Below, piece after piece: positions 38,605 through 50,100 of a stretch of 64,000 nt of DNA (position 1 is its first letter; each line of letters starts with the position of its first letter). Origin of the DNA: Chrysomallon squamiferum (Eukaryota; Animalia; Mollusca); NCBI GenBank assembly GCA_012295275.1, contig CM022665.1, positions 35,836,001 through 35,900,000 on the forward strand, written 5' to 3'. Both the position numbers and the translations under genes were made by a program. The notes beneath the pieces are model-generated. The model was not told the DNA's origin. It worked only from the letters and a program-made list of their open reading frames with translations, and searched no databases.

Positions 38605-40177
38605 CTGGGAATGAAACAGAAAGTTAATTACATATTCATTTAAAATTTAAACTAATATATAGATATACATTATATATTATTTTTAATTTTCCATATAGAT
38701 AGATAGAACAATATCAAAACAACTGTTGTCACTAATAATGATAGTTACAACTGATTATTGCCATATTTCCTTTTCTTCTATTGTAGTTAAAATAATAACT
38801 ATTAATTTTAACTATCTAAATAAATAAATAAATCAGGTACTATTCCTTGCAACAAATGAAATGAAACATTTTCACATTCAAAACATAACATATCATCATT
38901 TTTTTAAGTTCCTGTAAAATTTATACTCACATTATAGAGTGATTAAAATCTGAATTTTCTAACATCCATTTAAGGCTGCAGTCACATCTCCAGCGGTTGT
39001 TATTAAGAACCAACTCTTCTAGGTCAGCCCACGGCAGGAGATCCTCGGGCAGTCTAATCAAGGCGTTATTGTTTAGATGAACAACGCTCAAGTATGATGA
39101 AGCAAAAACATCATGGGCAATGGTTTTAAGATACCTGTTGTTGGTGATGTACACGTATTGGAGCTTAGAGAAGACGTGGAAAGCTTTGTAATCTATATTT
39201 TCTAATCTTTCCATATTGTTTATAGTGAGTGTTGTAATCGGAACTTTCATATCGAGATCTGGACTTGGATGTATGGTTTCTGCAGGGTTCCCACTGAAGT
39301 TCAAATACTGCAGATTGTCAAGCAACGTCAGAGCTAAAAATGGAATTTGTTTCAATCGATTATTTGCCAGAGAAAGGCTCTTCAGGAATCCTAAGCGATC
39401 GAAAGCTTTAGGATGGATGGTCTCTAAGAGATTTCCGTCTAGAAAAAGTATTCGCAACTGAAGAAGAGGTTCAAAAGTGTTTTGATCTATTTTCACGAAT
39501 TTGTTTCGACTGAGGTCAAGTATGTCAAGAAATTTAAGTTGCTCGAACACTTCACGATCAAGACTCGAGAGCTTATTCCCACTAAGATTCAAATATTCCA
39601 GAAAGGAAAGATCAGAAAGAGCCGCTTTCTCAACCGTTGTTATCTCACAGTCTGATGCATCAATACGTTCTATATCGACAAGCTCTGTGAAGAGAAAAAC
39701 ATAGTCTGGTAATATGCCCAAAGGATTACCTTTCAAAGACAGACTTTTTAAGCTGTGAAGACCTTGAAATGTTTCTTCATTCAGAATTTTACTAGTTATT
39801 CTATTATACGATAAATCAAGATTCTGCAGGCAAAATAAAGACTGAAATGCATCCTTTTCTATGGTTTCTATCTCGTTGTTTCGTAGGTCCAGGACTTTCA
39901 AACACCCATCACAACGTCTAAACGACCCGCAAGTGCTGTTTATTCTATGCAGTTCGAGGATTCGATTGAAACTCAGGTCTATCGCAGTGACAGATTTTGG
40001 AATGTCGTTCAATGCAGGGAACTTTGGAATGAGAGTGTCAGAACAGTTCAACCACGTTAAACCATCTTTAACTAAAGTTTGACATTCGTCATAGAATCCA
40101 TGTACAGGATCAGCAAAAGATAATAAAAAGATTGGAATCAAAGCGAACTGTTTCATGGTGATGGACTTCCCCTTCAT
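38328..40177 (-). CDS. Type I transmembrane leucine-rich-repeat protein (LRRN/Tartan-Capricious-like ectodomain, no Ig/FN3/TIR): join(40177..38931, 38604..38328), about 507 aa
   Basis: Signal peptide MKQFALIPIFLLSFADPVHG, an LRRNT-like Cys pair, and about 12 LxxLxLxxNxL repeats. The LRRCT (NNRWRCDCSLKW..IICNYPDKYKGLDLMTLNPSDLRC) is reassembled across a phase-2 intron (AT|GTGAGT ... TTCCCAG|A). It is followed by the TM helix LLSIFIGFVCAIIALSTVVAAVVGW and a cytoplasmic tail of about 40 aa. Confidence 0.92.
38931..40177 (-). CDS. LRR-TM protein large ectodomain exon
   Basis: 416-aa ORF with tandem LRRs; donor GTGAGT at 38930. Confidence 0.93.
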
Positions 40178-40358
40178 TTTATTGGTACTTGTTGTATTGT
40201 ATTAGAAGATGGTTAATAACTGTCACAGCAATTTCGTCATAAGATATCTGTCAAAGAAAATTCATAATTTATCCCAAATGAAATGACACACACACATACA
40301 GAAGGAATTATCAAGAAAGAAAATTCAGAAAATAATCATAAAATAATATTATTCAATA

Positions 40359-40418
<60 letters not shown>

Positions 40419-40910
40419 CATCATCATCATCATCATCATAATCATAATCATAATACTGGTGGTGAAGAGGAGAATGCTAATTCTACTGGTGATGATTATA
40501 ATGATAATACAATAATAACATCAACTACCACAGAAACAGCAATAAAACCATGATATATTTAAATATATGTCTGTAGTAAAGTATTTAAAACAGAAAAACA
40601 TGAACACATCAAATTATATCTGAATCATAATAAAGGTATTTTATATCAAAGATAAATATACTACATTTGTCATAGATTATATTAAAAAGAAAAAAAATGA
40701 GAAAGGCAGAAAGTAAATTAATAAATCTTCTCTTCAGGAGAAATTTAACTTCTTAAATCCGGTGAAAATTCTCTAGTTATATATACAGGTTAATTTTAAT
40801 GATTATTATTTGGTAATTTCAGCTTAATACAGGTATTTAAATTATAATTATCTAAAATCTTGTTGTTCAGTAACCTGCTCTTATTATCGGTTATGTCAAA
40901 ATTAACATAC

Positions 40911-41005
40911 CTTGTTTGTGTCTCGTTATCTCACTAGTTACGTAAGAACAGGATAGCCATATCTCGTGTCAAAAATTTGTCAGTTTATTAGCGTTTTAAA
41001 TATGA
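40911..41005 (-). promoter_or_regulatory. Candidate promoter and short non-coding first exon of the LRR gene
   Basis: TATA-like TATTTAAAA on the minus strand at about 40995-41003, donor AAG|GTATGT at 40910, and a matching acceptor TTTTCTTTGACAG at 40248, about 70 nt upstream of the ATG. Confidence 0.45.
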
Positions 41006-41012
41006 GGCCTCT

Positions 41013-41061
<49 letters not shown>

Positions 41062-41157
41062 ATTATTATAAAAGATTAAAAAAAGAAAGGCAAACGAAGG
41101 GAATAAAGAAAATACTTACTTATTACTAAAATTGTTACTTTATGTAAAGAAAAAAAA

Positions 41158-41189
<32 letters not shown>

Positions 41190-41439
41190 AAAAAAAAATT
41201 AAATTAAAAAAAAAAAAGGAAAGGTTCATATTTCATTAGGATTTCCCATATTATAGAATGTTTTTATTGTAATTTTATAAGACTTATATACCTCTCACAT
41301 ATTTTACATTAAAAACCAACAACCAAAAAAAAAAAAAAAATAATAATAAAAAAAATAAAAAAATAAAACGTCGACGATTTTGTAAGCAGTAATAAATTAT
41401 ATTAAATTATTAAATTATTATTATACATCATCATAATTA

Positions 41440-42070
41440 AATATCATTACCGAAATATGTAACTGTCCTTATTAAATTTAGGTATCAGAATTAAACTCAG
41501 AAAAATTACGTATCCTAATTATATATTAACATATTAATGTATTTATCCACTTTTAGTTCAGTAAATATGAGTAAAGCATATTTTACATTGTCCTTTATAA
41601 ATTTGAATATAGTAATAATGTATATTGTAATCATTAAAGTAATATATTTTGTTCCTTTAAATTTAAATATTATATTATACGTTGTCTTCGTTTGAGTGCA
41701 TTGCCCTCATTAAATATGAATACAGTAATATACGTTGTCCTCTTTAAATTTGAGTAAAGGAGTATTATACTTAATTCTAAATAAAAAAAAATTCTGTACA
41801 ATATTTATACGCTGTCCTAATTAAATGTTAATACAGTGATATTATACGTTCTCTTAAATTTTAGTAAAGCAATATTACACTTTACCCTTTTTAAATTTAC
41901 AGTAATATTATACGTTCCTTCTCGTTAAATCAGAGTACATTAATATTACAGGTTGTCCTTATTAAATCAGGGTACAGCAGTATTATACGTTTTCATTTAA
42001 TTTGAATACAGTACTATACGTTATTACATGTAAATTTGAGTACTCTCATGTTATAGTTATCCTTACAAAA
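41440..42070. repeat. Degenerate minisatellite, unit about 38 bp (AATATTATACGTTGTCCTTATTAAATTTGAGTACAGT), about 15 copies
   Basis: Recurring TATACGTTGTCCT..TAAATTT(G/A)A(G/A)TA cores in tandem. Confidence 0.85.
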
Positions 42071-43260
42071 TTACAAAGAAATTGTCTTTTTAACACACGT
42101 TACCGGATTTTCTCCATGTAGTTAGTCAGCCTTACGAAGGACTTTGGTCAACTTTTGACGATGATAATGATGAAGACAGTGACGTGTTTGTACGCTCAGA
42201 TTTATATCATTATCAGCTAGTGATAACATGGTTACTTCTTAAATATGTACTTTGAAATATAGCGGCAGTAACACCCTCTTGTGCAGATGAAATGTTAATT
42301 TTTTTGTGATATTGCGTGTAAATATTTATCCATTTTGTAAATTAAAAACAAAGAAATAAAATAGGTGTTTTTGTTATTATCATTATTACTGTTGTTGTTA
42401 TTATTTATTCTTCCAAATTTAAAAAAAAAAAAAATTAAACTTTAATAAAAATCGATTGTTAATGGTAAATTAAATATATTTATTGAACGAATAAAGAAAA
42501 TGTATATATATATATAAAATTTCTAAATTTTTAGGATTTATATTTATTACATAATTTTAACAAGCATAGAATCTGTGACAAATAATTAGTTAATATCAAA
42601 TAATGCAAATAATATCAGCTCCAAAACAAACAAAAAGAAACAAGAAACAACAACAAAATAATAATAAAATAAAAAAATACCCCCCCCCAAAAAAAATACC
42701 ATTTTTTTTTTTTTTTACAAAAAACAGAAGACTTTGTATGCATATTATATTTTACTTTACAAATGAACTCACATTTTATTATGAAATGATACACAATTTT
42801 CATCTTTCTCAGATAATACTGAACTAATTTATATATTTTTTTCCTGTCCTTATTATGATTAAAACTCATACCACACTTATATTGTATTATAAATACAAAC
42901 ATAATGTAAATCTACTGTTCTGTCACAAACACAAAAAATGGCAGTCAAAAACTGTCATAACAAATATGCTTGAACTAATAACAACAATATACAGAAAGTT
43001 ACTATTCTGTTTCATGTTGGTCTTGTGTGTGTGTGTGTGTGTGGGTGTGTGTGTATTTTATTTTGTATTGTTTTCTTTGTTTTATATATACAATGCAATA
43101 TAACAGTACAATAGTATAAAACAAAGCAAATAATAATTAAAAATGGCATGGCACATCAGATGTGGATTAAGTACATTACCATTAAAACATTTAAAACTGA
43201 ATAAAAATGCAAAACATGTACATAATTTTTATATATTCATATTATAAAGGCTGATACACT

Positions 43261-43306
<46 letters not shown>

Positions 43307-44648
43307 TATAATATATATATAAGATTAAAAAAAATAAAATAAAATAAATATTAAAAATTAATTTAAAAAAAAAAAAAAAAAATCTAAACCAAAGATATAT
43401 AAAATTTCAGGAAAAACAGAAACCCCCCCCACCAACAAAATAAGAAAAACATCAACAGTTAAATGTTCATATAAATAAAAAAGATACTTTCCACTAAATA
43501 TACTGTAAAACTGAATTTATCTCACAGACAAAATTATGACAAAGATGTTTTTAATATTTAAAAATATATAAATAAAACAATTAATTTATAATATTCACTT
43601 TATTAAGATTTTAAAATAATATTTAATTAATCATAAATTTTTTGTGCATTATTTGTTATAATTAATGTTTTTATTTTCAAGTCAATAAATTACATTTACA
43701 TATAAACTACAGCTACCAATAAAAAAATAAAAAAACAACAAAAAAACAAAAACGAAAATGGATAATAAAAATTAAAAAACTGGCTTGAATATACAATACT
43801 AAAAGTATAAAAGATTTACTTCATGGACGGACATGTTTACAGATGTCAGATCATAATAAACTTCCACTGGGCAAAATACACACAATTTTGTTTTAATGTA
43901 TTATAATATAGTAATTATAAATAATGGCATGTAGCTTACATAAATGAAATGGAAAAAAGAAATTTGAAAAGAAAATAATAATAATAATAATAATAATAAT
44001 AACTTTCAGTAAATACATTTTAAAATATTATGCTCTCCATATATTAATAAATATATCAGAAATTTTGTTATTGTTACTATTTTTTATCTATTTTTATTTT
44101 TTAACTTTTGGGTTTTAAAATTTGTAATGACAAAAAAAAAAAAAAAAAAAAAAAAAGAAGAAAGAAATATATATATTTTAATAATAATAATAAAAAAAAT
44201 AAATAAAAAAATAAATTAAAATTATACAGAAAAATATATTATGCTAGTAATCTATACTTTGCCAACAACAAATAACAGTTCAGTTTAACCATACGTTATT
44301 ATCAGTTTTTACTGCATACTGTTTCCAGCTCACTATAATATTTAAAATAATATTTCACAAACTGAAAGAAAATCCCTGAGAAAGTTTAGGAAGATTCAGG
44401 ATTTTCAAAGATTTCTGAAATGTAAATAATCGGACTTCAGCAGATGTTTAAAAAGGAAGACAAATCACTAATACTGATGAAAGAGAGCCAAGAACCAGAA
44501 TGGTCTAACCCCAAAGAAATAAAAAAGAAATACTTCTAAGTCTGGTTCATGACAATCCACTGATTTTTGAAAGATTTAAGCCATAATAAAAAAAAAAGAA
44601 GAAATAAATAAAATAAAATAAAATAATAATAATAATAATAATAATGAA

Positions 44649-44715
<67 letters not shown>

Positions 44716-47160
44716 TTACTACTACTACTTCTAATAATACTAATAATAATATTAATAATAATAGCAACAAGAATAAATTTCCTATTTTCTCACCTCCCTG
44801 AAATTTACTAAGTGAAGAAATATTTTCATTTTCTTAACATAAATGTAATAACTTCAAAATCAGTTATCTCATTATTTCAGTTAGATCTTGCTGGTTCTAG
44901 GCCCTTCTGTTTTTATAATTATTACAGACTATTGTAATAGAAACTAAAATAACATTGACTAAAATGTATTTATTATAAGGCAAGTCACTGAAACAGTACT
45001 ATGAAAACAACTTTTTTTATATAACAAAGTCAAAACAACCCATGTGCAACTCTTTCCTCTAGTAATATCAACAACAGGTAAATTATCACAGACACTGCTA
45101 ATTATGTGCTAGATAAAGACATATGTATGAATATGTCAGTTAATTCACATCCAAGATACATATTTTTTGTACATAAATGCAGACAGGTTATTTCTTGGTA
45201 ATGTTATAACTGTTCCTAATTTCAAATTACCTGTTTAAATTGTTGGAATTAAAACATTCAGATTATAAATTAAAACACACTTTTTGAGTCCAAACTAAAA
45301 TAATAACAGTAAACAACATCAACCATCATCCCCCCCAAAAAAAATAAAAAATAAAACAAACAAACAAAAAAACTCATCAGAAAACAAAAACCCACCACTT
45401 TTAATGAAATGCACATGATTTAATCTTTCACATACTGATAAGTCCACTTACACTGCATTTATGTCACACATTTATTAACCCACTGGTTTCATTTTTATTT
45501 TTAGGTCTTATCTGTTTTTGCACCTTATAAAGTGTTATCTATTTATAATAATTATTTAAAACTGTCCAAAACTGATTTATTTACAAAAGGGTGTATTTCA
45601 GATTGGTCCTTGTTCAAGAACAAACAGTAACATTTAAACATTCTTTTTTTTTTCTTTCAATGTTGTTTATAAAGTATCATGTAATAATTATTTTTAATAT
45701 GCACCAAAAATAGTTGTTTATAATTCATCAGTTAAACACCTATTGAAAATTAATATCCAAACATTTTATTAGTGTAATGCTGAATATCAAGCCATAAACT
45801 AACATTGAAATAATTACAGCAGACACATTTATTTACTATAGTTATTAATTTGTAATGTGGGATTTCAAAAAATACTGAGCAAAAATTACTTCTTACCCCA
45901 AATAATAATAAAATATATATATATAATAATAATAATACAAAATTATCTTTCATTCAATTTTTGTTTATTTATTTATTTATTTTAAGAAGATGCATCTATT
46001 TTCACTTATACAAGTGGACTGAAAAATTCTTTACCAGAATCCTGTTTTATATAATGGTCATTTACTATTTCAAACCCCCCAAAAGTATTACAGATAAAAA
46101 AAATAATTTACTGGCAGATTTTAGTGATGCCTCCAGTATTAAAATAAATTATCATAAATAATAATATTAGATAAATTTAAAAAGCCCATTATTATAATAT
46201 TTATTAATAATTTATAATTCTGTTGTTTAAATGATGAGAAAACAATCCCCATAAAAAACAACCTTTTTTTCTCTTCTTATTATAATGCTGTTATTTATTT
46301 ATTTTTACATGTTTTTAAAATTGTCAAAACCATATTGTATTACTAGTAATTATTACCAATTTTTATTTTTGTTTTTCATTTAACTGGGATCAAAATTTTC
46401 ATGACATCCTATTATTACTTTTCTTTTTTAAATTTCACTCATGTGGTGTTAACAATGGAACAATGTTAAGTGTAGTCTTCATCAAACAAATACTCTATTT
46501 ACAAGAGCACTTTTCAAATCTTCCTGCATATAAAAGCAAGAATTTGAAATGGTTATAATGTACCAAAAAAATAAATAAAAATAAAATAAAAACTATATAT
46601 ATATGAGTACAACTTAACATGTGATCTTTCTCAATATTTTACAAGATGATCTTTTAAAACATAAATATTGACTTAATTCTCATGCTAATATCTGATAAGA
46701 GTTTATTTTGACAATCATATTAATTCATGATAATGTATTTTCAAAGATCTTTGCCAAACTAAAATCAAAGATTATCACAGTTTATACTGCAAACAGAATT
46801 TTTAACATCATCAAACTAGAGCTGGGGCAGAAGTATACAAAAAGTCTTTTAAAAAAACCTAAGAAAATAAATGAAAACTAAATTCTTTCATCAGCAGTTA
46901 AGATTTTGATTGGATAAATCATTTTAGATAAGCAATGATATTAAAGATATATTTTTCGTGTGACAATGTAATTAAAGCTGGATGTTATAAAAATGCAAAA
47001 ACTGATATTCCAAGACATATCTGACTGGTAATAATCCAGATATTACAATTGCAAAAAAAAAAACAAAAAAAACAAAACATTAGGTATCAGGACTTAGTTT
47101 TCTAATATTATCTGGCTCTCATGCAATGATAGAGGCACTTGTGAATGAAATAAAGACAAG

Positions 47161-50100
47161 TTAGAATTGTCTCACTCGTATCTCATTGTTGCTGTCGAGC
47201 TCTAAGCGAGATGGTATTGTCTGATGATGCACAGGAGAACTTGACGACAGAGGCTCACTAAATCTGTGCTCAGATCCAATTCCAATACTGTTACTAAACA
47301 CTTGTTAAAGAAAAGGTTAAAAGGGAAGTACAAACTAAACAAATGTCACTACAATAAAATGAATAAGAAAAATACTAAAACCAAACCTTATTTTAAATTT
47401 GTATTTTATATACTTTTGATAATAATAATATTTATTATTATTAGTAGTATTGTGGCCAGGATTAAACATTAATTTATTCTTTTAGTTAAACCAATTAACG
47501 TTGTTTATTGTTTTTTTTAAACAAAATATTTTTTTTAGTGTAATATACTCAGACTACTTTTTGTGAAAAATATTTTTCTTTCTTATCTGACTTAGAGAGT
47601 TCAAGTTGTGTGAAATAATATATTTAAATTCTTTTGAATTTATTTTAATTTCTTTTTTTCTTTTGTTTGTTTCTAGTGGTTATCATCAGCCTCCCTTTGA
47701 AAATGAATTTGTGTTGAATAAACACAGACACATGCACACGTATGACAATTCAAAGATACATTGATCCTGCATCAGATCCTGAAGCCTTCACAACAGAGAA
47801 ACCGAATGTTGTGTCCTGTTTATGGTATTTTGTTTCATCTTTCTGATGAAACCTCCTCAACCAATCTTTGTGTTCAGCCAGCCTGTCTGCAGTGGAAGGT
47901 ACATGAGCAGACGATTCAAGCAGACTTAGTCTGAACTGACGTAACTGCTCTCTGAAAATACATATATCTAACAATGAATTGTATTGTTAGAAATTGCTAG
48001 CACTAACAAGAACATTTATCAAATAAAAATAATAATAATAATAATAATAATTATAATAATAATAAATGGATAAAAAAAACACCAATTATTTCCTCCCTCT
48101 GATAAAAACAACAGAAACACCCTCCAAAAATAAACTAAGAACTAAAACCAAAAGAAAACAAAGCAAAAAAATAAAAATAATAATAACATAAAATAAAAAA
48201 TGAATGAAGTAAAATAAAATAAAATATTATAACAAGTTATATTAAAATACATTTCAAGATTCCAGTGTGAGTCAGTTTCAGCTTAATCATTTAACAATCA
48301 TGTCAAGAATCCAAAACTGTTTTCTCTTGAAAATTTGACAAACCTTTCCTTTAAACAAGTAGTGATACAGTGCAATATGATATGTTTACCTTGGTGGGGG
48401 CTGTCCAATAGAACTAGTATTAGGAATCATACTTGTATGATTCATTATTGGTGGTCGTCGATCTGGAATGACAATAATTATATCATTTACTTACAGGGTA
48501 TGATAATTTAAATCTTTATTAAATTTATACTATAAAGCTTTAAGTATAAAAATGCAGTAAGAAACAGTGAAATAAAACACAATTGAATGCAACTAAAATA
48601 GCTCTAACAAATGCTTCTTAAGTGAGTTCTCTGATTAAAATTAAGAATTTTTTTAATATTTTATTTAATATAGATAAACCAGTCAAATAACAATAAGCAT
48701 ATAAAGAGATTTATTTTTCCCAGTATTTCATCTTTTTAACTCAACAGAAATGTTTTGTGTTAAGTTAAATCTGAAAATAAAATTCAGCTCACTTATTTTA
48801 AAGATTTTTGGGAGTACATTCTTACTTAATATTTAGTACCAGACATTTCCTAAACTGTAAAACATTCCAAACATCTACACTAGATACTGATACATGTATT
48901 GTGACACCTTCCAAGATGAATCTCCTGACCAGTTTAATAATGTACACAGATTTTATTCAGTTGTTATCTCTATACATAAACTATAGTTAAAGATATATTA
49001 CCTCCAAAATATTTTCTCCATTTCTTCTCTAATGATGCCTCAGCAGAACTGACAATTCTTGAATAGTCTACATGATGCTGTGGATTTGTTCTGTTAAACA
49101 TAAAATGTACACACACACATATATATATACATACATACATATACTTTTCAAAGTTATTTCTTTAGTGTTTAATTACCGGTTTAGATAATGAAAGACCTTT
49201 TTGAAAATAGTTTTTATTTAAAAAATAAAAAATATTGTTATTTACAGGTAAAAATAAAATCAGTGTACATAAATTTACTATTCTTGAATGTAGTGAGTTG
49301 AGAAATAAAACAGTTATTCATTTAGTTTGTGTAATATTTATGATTGCAGTATAAAAGAAATAATTGGTTCCTGTCTTAAGATATCAGATTTATCCTGCTT
49401 ATACTGAATGAAGAATAAGCTCTATGTATAAAATCATGTATGGGAGAATGTGTGTAAAAAATATGTATATAAAGAATAATAAGATTTGTTTATTACATAT
49501 AAGGGTTGCCACTGACTCTGTATGAAGGTGGTACAGTTGGAGGATGAGGAACATATATTGGCAAATAACTAGTTGGTACATCTGTAACAGAAAACACAAC
49601 AATAACATAAAACAAATCTGTAATACTCATGCTGTTGAAATATTTTCTGTGGATTTTATCTCTGCTTTTACATGTTAAAAGAAATATAAATTACAAAAAC
49701 GAATGATGTAAACTCCTTTTGCTTATTACAAGGTCTTAATAATTATATAACACAGAGACAGAGAAACAAACATTATAAATCATTGACATGTACCTGCTGC
49801 AGAAGACATCTAACTGCATTTAACTTATTAATGACAACAACACTTCCACTATAAAATAACTGAATTAAAAATCAAAACTAATAAAAAAAAGAAAAGAGAA
49901 AAAAAAAAGCACTAACTTTGTAACTCCTGGGTTTAATCTGCTAATTATCTATTACCTGCTGAAGTGTAGGTCTCTGTCTGAGTGGGGATGCTTGGTGAGT
50001 TCTGACTGCTGATAACATTGAGAACTCGAGAAAGCTCCATGTTTATTTTTTTAAGTGAGCCAGCTAAAGTCTTTATATCGTCAGAAGGCTGGTGGGCTAA

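Noticed and set aside
39216-40082. Plus-strand ORFs 39216-39461, 39501-39704, 39861-40082
   Set aside because: Antisense shadows of the LRR coding exon.
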